Assembly: GCA_001002135.1 (NCBI GenBank)
Contig: LCLP01000003.1
Location: 41,198 to 105,197 of the forward strand
From: Candidatus Pacebacteria bacterium GW2011_GWA1_46_10
Lineage (GTDB): Bacteria > Patescibacteriota > Microgenomatia > UBA1400 > PJMF01
Length of the DNA: 64,000 nucleotides
Direction of reading: 5' to 3'
Every line of letters begins with the position of its first letter. Within the stretch, counting starts at the first letter, position 1. A model generated the notes under the pieces. It searched no databases and was not told the origin of the DNA. It saw only the letters and a program-made list of their open reading frames with translations. This document shows, one piece after another, positions 36,650 through 46,759 of this stretch. Both the position numbers and the translations under genes were made by a program.

Positions 36650-36990
36650 GGACCTTTCTGAATTTTAGTGTGATCGACTTGACGAATCTCAAACCCCGAT
36701 TGTTCACTCTCTTGAGTGGTCGGTGGTGTTTCTTCCGCTGGCGCCGGCGGTGAGGTTTTGGCCGCGGCCGCACTCGTCACTTGGTGTAAATCCGCCAATT
36801 GCGCTTGCAGTGCCGTTTCATCCTCCTGTTGCTGTTTGGCTTCCAAATCAGCCAACTGCTGGCGCTGTTTGGCTTCTTCCGCCGCCGGATCAACCTCTGG
36901 CTCAGCTCCAGTCGCAGCATTCCCCGGCTGTTTTTCTTTAATCACATCTTGCAAAGCAGCCAGAGGATCTTGGGTGGTATCGTCAGTCAT
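36646..36990 (-). CDS. hypothetical acidic protein
   Basis: 114-aa ORF, DPLAALQ motif. Confidence 0.65.
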   Translation of the reverse strand: MTDDTTQDPLAALQDVIKEKQPGNAATGAEPEVDPAAEEAKQRQQLADLEAKQQQEDETALQAQLADLHQVTSAAAAKTSPPAPAEETPPTTQESEQSGFEIRQVDHTKIQKGP

Positions 36991-37036
36991 CTCTTACACA
37001 ATAACAATCTCAGGCAGACGAAGCAAGCGCAAGCCG

Positions 37037-37378
37037 TTACCACAGTTTGCCGCGATGGCGTTTCCGGCGGGAAATGGAGATGCGTTTCTCTTTTTCTTTA
37101 CGCACGTGACGCATGAGAGAGCGCACAGCTTCATTGACAGCCAGGTATAAATCGTGGGCTTGGCTTTTGACCGTCACCTTGCCTTTACCAGGGATATTAG
37201 CCTCCATTTGCACCGAAGCGCGGTGGGGATCGCTGTCTTTGCGGGTGATGTTTTCCAGGAAAACTCGCAGGCGCGCAATCGGTACCCCCAACCGTTGTAC
37301 TTTGTTAACCTGTTCGTCAATAAACCGCCGCAGTGCTCGGGTAGGCTTCATGTTTTTCGCTTGAATAAGAGTCTTCAT
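37037..37378 (-). CDS. raiA: ribosome hibernation factor HPF/RaiA
   Basis: AKNMKPTRALRRFIDEQVNKV, DLYLAVNEAVRSLMRHVRKEKEK. Confidence 0.85.
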   Translation of the reverse strand: MKTLIQAKNMKPTRALRRFIDEQVNKVQRLGVPIARLRVFLENITRKDSDPHRASVQMEANIPGKGKVTVKSQAHDLYLAVNEAVRSLMRHVRKEKEKRISISRRKRHRGKLW

Positions 37379-37426
37379 GCGGGGAACCATGCTGGTATTA
37401 GTGTACCACGAGTCATTTTGGGCGAG

Positions 37427-38038
37427 TTACATTTCCCGCCGGCCTTCTAGGGCGCGGGCCAAGGTCACCCCGTCAGCGTATTCGATGTCGGCCCCGATCG
37501 GCAAACCATGGCCAATCCGGGTGATTTTCATTTCCTTCAAATGGGGATCTTTGCTTTGCTTGAGCATTTCAGTGATATACAGTGCCGTCGCTTCCCCTTC
37601 CAGTGTTGGGTTAGTAGCCAAAATCAGTTCATCAACTGTCTTTAGACGTTTCAGAATGTCCTTCAAATACAACTGATCAGGCCCAATATTATTTAAGGGT
37701 GAAATCGCGCCGTGTAGCACGTGATAGCGGCCGTGATAGGTATCTGACCGTTCTAGTGCCAAGAGATCAAGTGGCTGTTCCACCACGCACAGCATTGTTT
37801 CGTCACGTGACTGATCACTACAAATCCCACAAGGATTGTGTTCTGCCACGTTGTGACAGTTATCACACATCACGGTTTCCTTTTTGAGCGCTGTTAATTT
37901 GTCAGCAAAGTCAGTCAGTTCATGATCTGGGTTATGAAGCAAGTAAAACACCAAACGCTGGGCAGATTTTGGGCCAATACCAGGCAAGCGTTCAAATTTT
38001 TCGATTAGGCGTGTGACTGCCTTGGGCAACTTCTGCAT
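37427..38038 (-). CDS. recR: recombination mediator RecR
   Basis: LPGIGPKSAQR, CxxC..CxxC, YHVLHG, ATNPTLEGEATA, LEGRR. Confidence 0.97.
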   Translation of the reverse strand: MQKLPKAVTRLIEKFERLPGIGPKSAQRLVFYLLHNPDHELTDFADKLTALKKETVMCDNCHNVAEHNPCGICSDQSRDETMLCVVEQPLDLLALERSDTYHGRYHVLHGAISPLNNIGPDQLYLKDILKRLKTVDELILATNPTLEGEATALYITEMLKQSKDPHLKEMKITRIGHGLPIGADIEYADGVTLARALEGRREM

Positions 38039-38081
38039 ACATCAACCTTACAAAGACAAACTCCATCAAACAATAGGAAAA

Positions 38082-38732
38082 TTATAATCCCAGTTTCTCC
38101 TCTACGGTCTGCCAAACGGCTTGCTCAACGTCTGTCACTGGTTTGTTGGCGTCAATCATGACCCAGCGCTCACCTTTATTTTCTTTGGCCAGTTGTACAT
38201 ATGCCTCTCTGACTTTTTGGTGAAAACCGTCATTCTGCATATCCAGCCGATCAACCTTAGCTGTGCCGTTGCGCCGTTTCAGACCGACTTCCACCGGTGC
38301 ATCAAGTAAAATCGTCAAATTCGGCACAGTCTTTTTGGTCGAAATGTCATTCAACTGTTCAATTAACTCTCGACCAAAACCCCTAACCATCCCTTGATAG
38401 ACCACACTGCTATCGCGGCTGCGATCCATTAACACAATCTTCCCCTCTTCAAGCGCCGGAATCACTACTTCCCGGTAAATTTGTGCCCGTGCGGCCTGAA
38501 ACAACAGCACCTCGGTCGTGTCTTTCATGCCGGTATTTTTAGCTGATAACACCACTGCTCGGATCTGCTCACTAATCACTGTGCCGCCTGGTTCACGAAC
38601 CGCTACCACGTCTTTACCCGCGGCTTGCAGACGCTTCATCAAGAGACCTGCCTGAACTGTTTTCCCGACACCTTCACCACCTTCTAGGGCGATCAGAAAT
38701 CCTGGTTGAGAGTGGTTGGTTGATGGCTGCAT
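38082..38732 (-). CDS. tmk: thymidylate kinase
   Basis: LEGGEGVGKT, REPGGT, DR..SSVVYQG. Confidence 0.95.
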   Translation of the reverse strand: MQPSTNHSQPGFLIALEGGEGVGKTVQAGLLMKRLQAAGKDVVAVREPGGTVISEQIRAVVLSAKNTGMKDTTEVLLFQAARAQIYREVVIPALEEGKIVLMDRSRDSSVVYQGMVRGFGRELIEQLNDISTKKTVPNLTILLDAPVEVGLKRRNGTAKVDRLDMQNDGFHQKVREAYVQLAKENKGERWVMIDANKPVTDVEQAVWQTVEEKLGL

Positions 38733-38826
38733 GAAACTGACTGTCTTATTTCATACCGCAATCGCGACCAACACTCAACCAGCAAAAAGACTGGGTGAAG
38801 CGATCGGCAATGGATTAGGCAAGGAT

Positions 38827-39261
38827 TTAGTGACGACCGGTGCTGCCAAAACCACCGCGATTTTTGGTGTTAAACTTCGTTTTCTCCACAAACTGGACTG
38901 GCTCACGCTGGAGAATAATCGCCTGGACAATGCGCTCGCCTTTTTTGATTGTCACGGCTTTATTGGTAAAATTGAAGAGCACGGCGTGGTACTCGTCACT
39001 GTCACCGCGGTAGTCAAAATCCCCCACGCCGATGCCGTTGGGCATCATTAAGCCTTTCTGGTGCAAAGAACTGCGAGCGACGATCAGCACCCAATGATCG
39101 GCGGGGATTTGTAAAGCAATGTTGAGTGGGACAAGGGCCGTTTTTTTCGGACCGATAGTGGTTTCTTGCCTGGCATAGAGATCAAAAGCGGCCGCCCCGC
39201 TGGTTTTGTACTCTGGTAAAGGTAAATTTTTATCAAAACGCTTAATGGTAATTTTCATCAT
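38827..39261 (-). CDS. dut: dUTP diphosphatase
   Basis: AAAFDL, ARSSL, GVGDFDYRG, GERIVQ, RGGFGSTG. Confidence 0.95.
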   Translation of the reverse strand: MMKITIKRFDKNLPLPEYKTSGAAAFDLYARQETTIGPKKTALVPLNIALQIPADHWVLIVARSSLHQKGLMMPNGIGVGDFDYRGDSDEYHAVLFNFTNKAVTIKKGERIVQAIILQREPVQFVEKTKFNTKNRGGFGSTGRH

Positions 39262-39330
39262 TCTAGTAATATACCCTACTTCGCAGCAGTCACCTCTCGT
39301 TCTTGTCAAATATTGTCCGACAGACTTAAA

Positions 39331-39420
39331 AAGTCATTTTCTGAAACATATCTCTCTTTTCCAAAACGACTCTCAATTTTTGTAATACAATGTATTACAG
39401 ATTTAAGGAGTCATTTCCAA
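39331..39420. repeat. palindromic element, 49/50 nt identical to 47091-47140, plus a half copy
   Basis: GACTCTCAATTTTTGTAATACAATGTATTACAGATTTAAGGAGTCATTTC at 39368-39417. Confidence 0.8.
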
Positions 39421-39429
39421 AAACCGACA

Positions 39430-40182
39430 TTACTTCCCACCCTTTTTCCATTGACCATTCATTAGCACCGGCGCATAGACATCATCAGCAGGTTCGATCA
39501 AGAGAGCCCTTAACTCGATCTCAGTCGGCGGTCGATCTTGCCAAACCACTGGTTGATTGACATCCGTTACCACGGCGAGCGGTCGACGTTCATCGCTCTC
39601 TCCCATCTCGAGTGCCGCGGCAATGCCGACTGCCTCGGCCACATTAACCTGCGTCATCTCGAGTCTTTTGCCAAATAAATCCGGCTGACCAATTTTATTA
39701 ATCAACACTTCAAACCCACAACTAGCGATCGCCGTACCTGTCACTCCCCACTTGAGCGGTACCGTTTTACTGTCGGTGACAATCACCCCCAACTCCCTAA
39801 CCTTGAACTGCTGGCGGAGAAACTGCCAAATATTATTGGTGGTCACTTGTAGCTTTTCCGGCCACAGTACGTAATGGTTGTCGGCGTTTGACTGATCAAT
39901 GCCGGCGTTGACCGCGAGAATCGAGTTTTTGATGGTTAACATCAAATCATATTTAGATTGAGTTGGCTCCAAATACAAATCAGCTTCTCTGCGCACTAAG
40001 TCGTGTTTTAGATCTCGATCACTGCCGTCAACCGGCACCAGTCTGTTTTGCGCAAAACTGATGATTTTGGAAGTGATGACGACAAAACTTTTCTCTGGCA
40101 GTTGAGCAATATTTTGGGCCAAAAATTGGTGGAGGTCTTCACCTGGTTGAAACAGCGGTGTGTGAATGGCAGTCACGTGCAT
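39430..40182 (-). CDS. CofE-like gamma-glutamyl ligase (putative folate glutamyl ligase)
   Basis: VITSKIIS, NAGIDQSN, VIVTDS, GQPDLFG, MGESDERRPL. Confidence 0.85.
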   Translation of the reverse strand: MHVTAIHTPLFQPGEDLHQFLAQNIAQLPEKSFVVITSKIISFAQNRLVPVDGSDRDLKHDLVRREADLYLEPTQSKYDLMLTIKNSILAVNAGIDQSNADNHYVLWPEKLQVTTNNIWQFLRQQFKVRELGVIVTDSKTVPLKWGVTGTAIASCGFEVLINKIGQPDLFGKRLEMTQVNVAEAVGIAAALEMGESDERRPLAVVTDVNQPVVWQDRPPTEIELRALLIEPADDVYAPVLMNGQWKKGGK

Positions 40183-40231
40183 TGGCGGTATTGTACCAAT
40201 CAAACTGATTACTGGTACAATCTGACCATTC

Positions 40232-40816
40232 ATGATTGACGCAGCTAATGGCCATAAGGTCGCTACTAGCTACCAAGCGGTGAAGCAGTTTATCAAAAAC
40301 GCTCGACGACTGAAGAAAAAAATCGTCCTCACTCAGGGTTCATTCGACATGCTCCACATTGGCCATGCCCGCTATTGTCGTGAGGCGAAAAAGCACGGCG
40401 ACACACTGATTGTTGGTGTTGATAGCGACGAGAAAATTCGCGCCCGCAAAGGCGAGGGGCGACCAATCGTGCCTCAAGCAGAACGCTTAGAAATGCTCAC
40501 TCACCTGGAGTACGTCGACCTCGTTGTCCTCAAAGAACTCAACACCCCCAAATGGGAACTGATCAAAATTGTCCGACCTGATGTCTTGATTGCCACCGCG
40601 CAGACATATACCCAACCTCAAATTGAAGAACTCGAGCAAATCTGTGGCCAGGTAGTGGTGTTACAGCCGATGGCGACTACCTCCACCAGCGCCAAGTTGC
40701 GCCTGATGCAGATCGAGGCGGCCCAAAAAATTCAGCAGACACTGACGAGCAAATTAATTAGTACCATCGAGGAAACTCTGCGTGAGCTTAAAGGCGAAAA
40801 AAAACCAGCCCGTTAA
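40232..40816 (+). CDS. cytidylyltransferase / adenylyltransferase (RfaE domain II / TagD-like)
   Basis: GSFDMLHIGH, VGVDSD, KGEGRPI, STS. Confidence 0.88.
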   Translation: MIDAANGHKVATSYQAVKQFIKNARRLKKKIVLTQGSFDMLHIGHARYCREAKKHGDTLIVGVDSDEKIRARKGEGRPIVPQAERLEMLTHLEYVDLVVLKELNTPKWELIKIVRPDVLIATAQTYTQPQIEELEQICGQVVVLQPMATTSTSAKLRLMQIEAAQKIQQTLTSKLISTIEETLRELKGEKKPAR

Positions 40817-41666
40817 AATTCAATCCAAGAAACAACGGCAAGTCTTGGTGGTCTACGTACCGGTAGTCCATGAGGGGTATCATCAGTTTTTCAGTCGTTT
40901 CCCAGATGCAAAAGAATTGTGGCTGATTGGCCGTGATTTGGCCCACGAATTGAGGGCGTTGCAAAAAGATTTACGGGCGCTGGAACCAACTCAAGTGAAA
41001 AAACTGCTTGATGCTTGGCAAAGGTTTAACAAAATCGAGGTCCTCACCCCCCAAAACTTACTCCGTTTGCAACAGACTCCTGCTCAACTCGTCTTTGCCA
41101 ACGATGAAATCAGTCGTCACTTAGTGAAAAAATACTTCGCTGGTCATCGGGTTTTATTCGATACTACTTTTCTGATGTGGGATGAAAAAAGCTCACTGAA
41201 AGAGAATGAATTACAGGAATATATCACCATTTCGAGTAAAGAATTTGATCAAAAAATGCTCCAACTGGCGGTGGCCGAGTCAGTTAAAAGCGGTGACTGG
41301 TGGCGGCATGTCGGCGGGGTGATTTTAAAAGACGGCGCGGTCCTCCTTAAAGCACACAACCAACATGTGCCAACCGAGTACGAAGTCTATTATGAGGGCG
41401 ATCCCAGAGCCAACTTTCATAAAGGTGAGTACTTAAAGGTCTCCACCGCTATTCATGTTGAGGCGTATTTGATCGCTCAGGCGGCCAAACAAGGTATTTC
41501 CCTCGAGGGGGCCGATCTATACGCTACCCACTTCCCCTGCCCTGTCTGCGCCAAACAGGTGGCCTATAGTGGCATTAAGCGGGTGTTTTTTCGTGAGGGC
41601 TACAGTGTCTTAGACGGCGAAAAAGTGCTGCGCGCCAATGGCGTTGAATTGATTAAAGTGAGCTAA
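40782..41666 (+). CDS. dCMP-deaminase-family protein with an extra N-terminal domain (start uncertain)
   Basis: IHVE and FPCPVC zinc motifs in the C-terminal domain. Confidence 0.85.
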   Translation: MSLKAKKNQPVKIQSKKQRQVLVVYVPVVHEGYHQFFSRFPDAKELWLIGRDLAHELRALQKDLRALEPTQVKKLLDAWQRFNKIEVLTPQNLLRLQQTPAQLVFANDEISRHLVKKYFAGHRVLFDTTFLMWDEKSSLKENELQEYITISSKEFDQKMLQLAVAESVKSGDWWRHVGGVILKDGAVLLKAHNQHVPTEYEVYYEGDPRANFHKGEYLKVSTAIHVEAYLIAQAAKQGISLEGADLYATHFPCPVCAKQVAYSGIKRVFFREGYSVLDGEKVLRANGVELIKVS

Positions 41667-42147
41667 CTTCCCCTTTACCAATTTTGAAACGGGTGGGTTT
41701 GAAACCAGGCTTACCAATGTCCGGAATAATCAGTTGGGCGTGCAGATGTTTAACGGTACCAGCGGAGTAACTGGTATCCCCAAACCGCATCGCCAACCCA
41801 CCACCGGGAATGTCGAACTCCTTTTCTGCCCAAGAAAGCATCGTAAAGTAATCTGCTCCCTCCTCTGGTGAAAGTTCACTGAGACGCTCTTTGTGGGTTT
41901 TGAGAATCAGCATGAAATGATCGCGCGTGTTTTCGTACGGCCAAGCGTTGCGGGTAAACACCCAGTGCTTGGTTTCTTTCAAAATCGGGGTACGGTGATA
42001 CTTTTTGAGGACATCAAAACAAAATGGACATTCTCCCGCCTCAATGATTTCCTCCATCACTTTGACCTGTTCTGGTTCGCGAGTGTTGTCGATGTCCACG
42101 AATTGACTGGGACCGGTAAACTTGGTGGATTTGGCTAATGGTGACAT
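41653..42147 (-). CDS. HIT-superfamily protein, HxHxQ type
   Basis: CPFC, NAWPY, HLHAQ. Confidence 0.85.
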   Translation of the reverse strand: MSPLAKSTKFTGPSQFVDIDNTREPEQVKVMEEIIEAGECPFCFDVLKKYHRTPILKETKHWVFTRNAWPYENTRDHFMLILKTHKERLSELSPEEGADYFTMLSWAEKEFDIPGGGLAMRFGDTSYSAGTVKHLHAQLIIPDIGKPGFKPTRFKIGKGEVSSL

Positions 42148-42197
42148 ATTTATTTTTGGCCTATATCAAAATTGATATCTCCATTTTTCGATCTATT

Positions 42198-43100
42198 TTA
42201 AACTGAAACAGGGAAATCCCAAATCCCCGGGTGTGGATCATAATCGCTTAACTCAAAATCCGTCGCCCGGTATTGAAAAATGTCCTGGTGTTTTTTCTTC
42301 AAGGTCATGGTCGGAAACGCTCGATCTTCGCGCTTCAGCATTTCCTCTACTCTAGAAATCTGGTCTACGTAAATATGAGCATCAGAAATGGTGTGGACGT
42401 ATTCATAGGGCTCAACCCCCAACACCTGTGCCACAGCGATCAGCAAAGCGGCGTACTGGACCATATTGGCTGGCACACCGACCGGCACGTCACCGGAGCG
42501 CTGGAACATGTGGAGAGTGAGTTTGCCATCAAGGATTCGGAAATGAATCCAGCCATGACAGGGACAGACCACCACTTTTTGGGTCTTGCCCTTCCGTTTT
42601 CGACGCGCAATATATTGCGGTACCCAAGGAGTAATAAAATGCGTACGCAGATGCGGCAACACTTTCATTTCTTCAATGATGTCCTTAAATTGATTGTGTG
42701 TCGGGCCTTCACTGGTCGGAAAATCATGAAACGCCGCACCATAAGAGCCGGGCCCTAAGTCACCTGGAGCCAAACCACGCTTTTTGGTTTTGCGCTCCAC
42801 CCCCCATGGCGCCCACCAGTAGCAGCCAAACTCCTCGAGTTGTTTGAGCGTTCTGGCGCCATTGATGAAGGCGAAAATCTCACCAATAGCCTGCGTCCAC
42901 ATCTTCTCACTAATCTTGCGTTCAGTGATCATCGGGAAGCCATTAGCAAGCTTAAAGTGCATTGGTTTGGGGCCGATGAGTGTCAATGCGTCAGTTTCTA
43001 GTTGAGTGCCAGTGCGCACGCCCTTTTCCAGGATTTCCCGCAACAAATCCTTGTATTGATGATCGGGGGTGCGTTGATTGATGGGAAGATGCTCAAGCAT
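42198..43100 (-). CDS. thyA: thymidylate synthase
   Basis: FPMITERK, DLGPGSYG, PCHG, QRSGDVPVGVPAN, DAHIY. Confidence 0.93.
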   Translation of the reverse strand: MLEHLPINQRTPDHQYKDLLREILEKGVRTGTQLETDALTLIGPKPMHFKLANGFPMITERKISEKMWTQAIGEIFAFINGARTLKQLEEFGCYWWAPWGVERKTKKRGLAPGDLGPGSYGAAFHDFPTSEGPTHNQFKDIIEEMKVLPHLRTHFITPWVPQYIARRKRKGKTQKVVVCPCHGWIHFRILDGKLTLHMFQRSGDVPVGVPANMVQYAALLIAVAQVLGVEPYEYVHTISDAHIYVDQISRVEEMLKREDRAFPTMTLKKKHQDIFQYRATDFELSDYDPHPGIWDFPVSV

Positions 43101-43105
43101 AGCGC

Positions 43106-43843
43106 CTATTCTAACGTATATGGCACGACGTGCTTGAACCGCGTGCGGTTAATTTGATCGATCACTTGTTTGACTATTTTTTTATCCACACCGGTGACTT
43201 CGTCGGGTTTTTTGCTCTGGTCTATGAGTTGCGTCATTACTTTGTCCGCGTCTTCGTACGTAAACCCCAGCTCTTTTTCATCAGTTTGACCGGTCCAAAG
43301 ACCAGCTGAGGGCACTTGAGTGATGAACTTCTCAGGGATCTTGAGCTTGCGGGCTAACTCTCTCACCTGAGTTTTATAGAGGCCAACAAGTGGTTCCACA
43401 TCCGAAGCACCATCACCGTAGCGGGTAAAGTACCCAAGATAGTGCTCCGATTTATTCTCTGTGCCACACACCAGTGCAGCCATTTTTTTAGCCAGATCAA
43501 AGACCGCGATCATTCTCACCCGCGCCATCACGTTACCTAGTCTGATTTTGTCCGCGGCGTCAATCAAGAGAGTCGCTTGGAACTGATCCACCGTGGAACC
43601 AATATTAATCTCACGCCAATTTTGTTTGGGAATTTCATTCCAGGCTGCTATTTCCTTGGCGTCTGTCGTATCTTGCTCGTGGTAAGGCAGAAAAACCGGA
43701 TACACGTCACCCGCGCCCAGCGCTTGAGTTAATAGCGTTAATGACACCGCGCTATCAATCCCACCAGAAACGGCAATCACTCCCCTCGTTTTTCCAGCCT
43801 GCTGATAGGTTTGCTGTAAAAAGCGAACTAACTGGTCACTCAT
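43106..43843 (-). CDS. nadE: NH3-dependent NAD+ synthetase
   Basis: VSGGIDSAV, GNVMARVRM, GYFTRYGDG, PSAGLW.GQTDE. Confidence 0.95.
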   Translation of the reverse strand: MSDQLVRFLQQTYQQAGKTRGVIAVSGGIDSAVSLTLLTQALGAGDVYPVFLPYHEQDTTDAKEIAAWNEIPKQNWREINIGSTVDQFQATLLIDAADKIRLGNVMARVRMIAVFDLAKKMAALVCGTENKSEHYLGYFTRYGDGASDVEPLVGLYKTQVRELARKLKIPEKFITQVPSAGLWTGQTDEKELGFTYEDADKVMTQLIDQSKKPDEVTGVDKKIVKQVIDQINRTRFKHVVPYTLE

Positions 43844-43869
43844 ACTGGTTATTATACGGGTCTAACAAA

Positions 43870-44448
43870 TTATGGCTGGTAAAGTTGGTGCTTTTGAATA
43901 TACTTGGCCACTTTTGGATTAACCAACCGGTCGATCTCTTCACCTCTTTTCACTTTCTCTCGCACCTCTGTCGAGGAGTACATCCATTCCGGCGCGTCTT
44001 TTAACGGCATCATGTTCTGGTAAAGTGGTTTAAAAGATGAACCTTCACGAGGATAGACGTAGAAACGGTATTTTTTGAGCATATCAAGGTACGTTCTTTC
44101 CTGACTATCCACCCACCGGTGAAAATCCGGCAGTCGATCAGAACCAACGATCCAAGAGAACGTATGCTGTGGGTATTTGGCCGAAAGATAATCAAGCGTC
44201 TCGTGCGAGTAGCTTACCCCCTCTTTTTCTTGCTCGTACATCTCTACTTTCACTCGCGGATCATCAACCATTAGCTGAACCATCGCCACCCGGTGCTGCG
44301 CCAGACTCATCGGTTTGGCGAAGGGATGCTGTTTGGCCGGCACGTACCGGACTTCGTCGGCGATTTTGTGCTCCAGAAGATAGTGCGTAATTTCCTGATG
44401 GCCGCGGTGAGGTGGATCAAAAGCACCACCAAATAAAATGATATTCAT
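43870..44448 (-). CDS. nadD: nicotinate-nucleotide adenylyltransferase
   Basis: FGGAFDPPHRGH, IVGSD, SSTEVR. Confidence 0.93.
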   Translation of the reverse strand: MNIILFGGAFDPPHRGHQEITHYLLEHKIADEVRYVPAKQHPFAKPMSLAQHRVAMVQLMVDDPRVKVEMYEQEKEGVSYSHETLDYLSAKYPQHTFSWIVGSDRLPDFHRWVDSQERTYLDMLKKYRFYVYPREGSSFKPLYQNMMPLKDAPEWMYSSTEVREKVKRGEEIDRLVNPKVAKYIQKHQLYQP

Positions 44449-44455
44449 AGTTTCA

Positions 44456-44540
44456 TCTTTTCACTTTTTTCTTGGCAAGCCGAACTCGTCCCGCCACGGC
44501 GGGACTCAAACATTCGTTTGCGGTAGAAAAAAGGAAAAGA
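44456..44540. repeat. long hairpin with a REP-like core GTCCCGCC-AC-GGCGGGAC
   Basis: Outer arms TCTTTT..CTTTTTTCT / AGAAAAAAG.GAAAAGA; core resembles 9163-9178. Confidence 0.55.
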
Positions 44541-44542
44541 TT

Positions 44543-46696
44543 TCACTCTTTCTTTTTTTCTGCAATCTTCTTTTTCTTTCGCTTGGCTAGAGTCGCCTCT
44601 CGTTTCGCCTTGCGCTCAGCGCGCTTCTTTTGCATTGCCACCCACTGAGCCTTAGTCAACTTAAAACCTGGCTCCGGTTTACTCCAACTGGCCCAATCAC
44701 AATCCGGATAGCGGCTGCAGCCGTAGAAATTGCGGCGCCAACGGGTGGGCTTAATGACAATGTCACCATCACCACACAACGGGCATTTTTGGCCCGCCAG
44801 TTTCTCGATAATGTTTTCCGTAAACTTGCAATCTGGGAAGCGACTACAGCTTCTGAATTTCCCAAACTTGCCTGCTCGAATAACCACTTCCCCACCCTCA
44901 CTCTTACCACACAGCGGGCACTGCTCACCAGTTTTTTCGACCGGAATTTCTGCTCGATCGGCATGCTTCTCAACGTCAGTGATTTTCTTGGCCAGTGGCG
45001 TGAAAAAGGTTTTGACAACTTTGCGCCACTCTTTCTCTCCCCTGGCAATACGGTCCAAGTCCTCTTCCATCTCAGCCGTGAAGTCGTAGTCCACAATGTC
45101 GGGGAAGTGTTTCAGTAAGAAATCGCTGACTACTTTGCCGATCGTGGTGGCCCAAAAACGTTTTTCGAGCCGCTCCACGTAACCCCGTTCCACAATCACC
45201 GAGATAATGCTGGCATAGGTACTCGGGCGACCAATCCCCCGCTTTTCCAATTCTTTGATCAGTGAGGCATCGTTATAACGAGGGGGTGGCGCAGTAAACT
45301 TCTGCATGGGATTGAGGTCAGCCCAATACACTGTTTGCCCTTTCTGTAGTGCTGGCACAATGACATCCTGTGAGTTTTTAAAGAGCACTGTCCAACCAGG
45401 AAACTGCTGAACCGAACCACCGGCGGTTAATTCAACTATTTCCGCCTGGTGCCTGGCTTCAATTGTGACTTTTGTTTGCTTGTACTGAGCCGGGCTCATC
45501 TGGCTGGCAATAAACCGGCGCCAGATCAGATCATAGATTTTCTGGTGCCGCTCAGTTAAACCAACCGCTTTAGTCAGCAATTGATCAGGTTTGAGGGCGG
45601 CGGTGGTGGGCCGGATAGCCTCATGAGCTTCTTGGGCGTTTTTCGAACGGTTTACAAACACCCGCGGTTGGTCAGAAAGATATTCCTTGCCAAAGTCCGC
45701 TTCGACCACTTTGCGAGCCGCCTCAATTGCCGAGCTGGCCAACGTAAACGAATCGGTACGATGGTAAGTAATTAAACCTTCTTCGTACAGCTGTTGGGCT
45801 AAACTCATAGTTTGGCGCGCCGAATAGCCATACCGATTGGCCGCGGCTTGTTGTAAACCAGCAGTCGCAAACGGCGGTAGGCTCTGGCGCTCGCGGTCTT
45901 TTTGTTCAACACCGGTGACGGTATAACTTGCTTTCTTCAGTATCTCAACAATCGGGGTAACGTCTTTTTCCGTCTTCGGTTCGTATTTTTTGGCCTTTAC
46001 CACGGTCACTTGAGCAACAAACGTCCCCTCGGGGAGTTTTTCCAACACCTTACCGTCTTTAAAGATGGTGGCTTTTTCATCTGTTATGTTAAGACCAACC
46101 TCAATTTCCCAATATTCGGCCGGCTGAAACGCCTCAATCTCCCGTTCACGCTCCACGATCAGCCGCAAGGCCACTGACTGCACCCGACCAGCCGACAAGC
46201 CGCGGCGCACTTTCTTCCACAACACTGGGGAAAGCTTGTAGCCAACCAAACGATCAACCACACGGCGAGCTTGCTGTGCGTCTACCAAAGCCATCGAGAT
46301 TTTGCCAGGGTGTTCAATCGCCTTGAGCACGGCGCCCTTAGTAATTTGATGGAAAACTGCTCTCAAAAATTCCGGCGCGCCGCCTTTTTGACTGAGTAAA
46401 TGTTTGACGTGCCAAGCAATCGCCTCCCCTTCACGATCAGGGTCCATAGCCAGATACACTTTGTTTACCTTGGCCGCTTGTTTTTTCAGTTGTGAAACCA
46501 CTTTTGACTTACCGGGAACCAATTCATACTCTGGTTCAAAGTCATGCTCAAGGTCGATTCCCAAACTGCTTTTGGGTAAATCACGCACGTGCCCGACTGA
46601 GGCCTCAACTACATACGTGTCAGCTAAATAACTTCTCAGTTTACGGGCTTTGGTGGGAGATTCCACCACTACTAAGCTGGTTTGCTGGCTAGCCAT
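44543..46696 (-). CDS. topA: DNA topoisomerase I
   Basis: VESPTKA, GHVRDL, DPDREGE, SAGRVQS, ITYHRTDS, QEAHEAIRPT, Zn fingers. Confidence 0.97.
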   Translation of the reverse strand: MASQQTSLVVVESPTKARKLRSYLADTYVVEASVGHVRDLPKSSLGIDLEHDFEPEYELVPGKSKVVSQLKKQAAKVNKVYLAMDPDREGEAIAWHVKHLLSQKGGAPEFLRAVFHQITKGAVLKAIEHPGKISMALVDAQQARRVVDRLVGYKLSPVLWKKVRRGLSAGRVQSVALRLIVEREREIEAFQPAEYWEIEVGLNITDEKATIFKDGKVLEKLPEGTFVAQVTVVKAKKYEPKTEKDVTPIVEILKKASYTVTGVEQKDRERQSLPPFATAGLQQAAANRYGYSARQTMSLAQQLYEEGLITYHRTDSFTLASSAIEAARKVVEADFGKEYLSDQPRVFVNRSKNAQEAHEAIRPTTAALKPDQLLTKAVGLTERHQKIYDLIWRRFIASQMSPAQYKQTKVTIEARHQAEIVELTAGGSVQQFPGWTVLFKNSQDVIVPALQKGQTVYWADLNPMQKFTAPPPRYNDASLIKELEKRGIGRPSTYASIISVIVERGYVERLEKRFWATTIGKVVSDFLLKHFPDIVDYDFTAEMEEDLDRIARGEKEWRKVVKTFFTPLAKKITDVEKHADRAEIPVEKTGEQCPLCGKSEGGEVVIRAGKFGKFRSCSRFPDCKFTENIIEKLAGQKCPLCGDGDIVIKPTRWRRNFYGCSRYPDCDWASWSKPEPGFKLTKAQWVAMQKKRAERKAKREATLAKRKKKKIAEKKKE

Positions 46697-46759
46697 ACTG
46701 GAACGACTATACACTATCTGCCCAGTCGGCGGCAGTTTCTGGTGAAGAGAAAACTTGAC

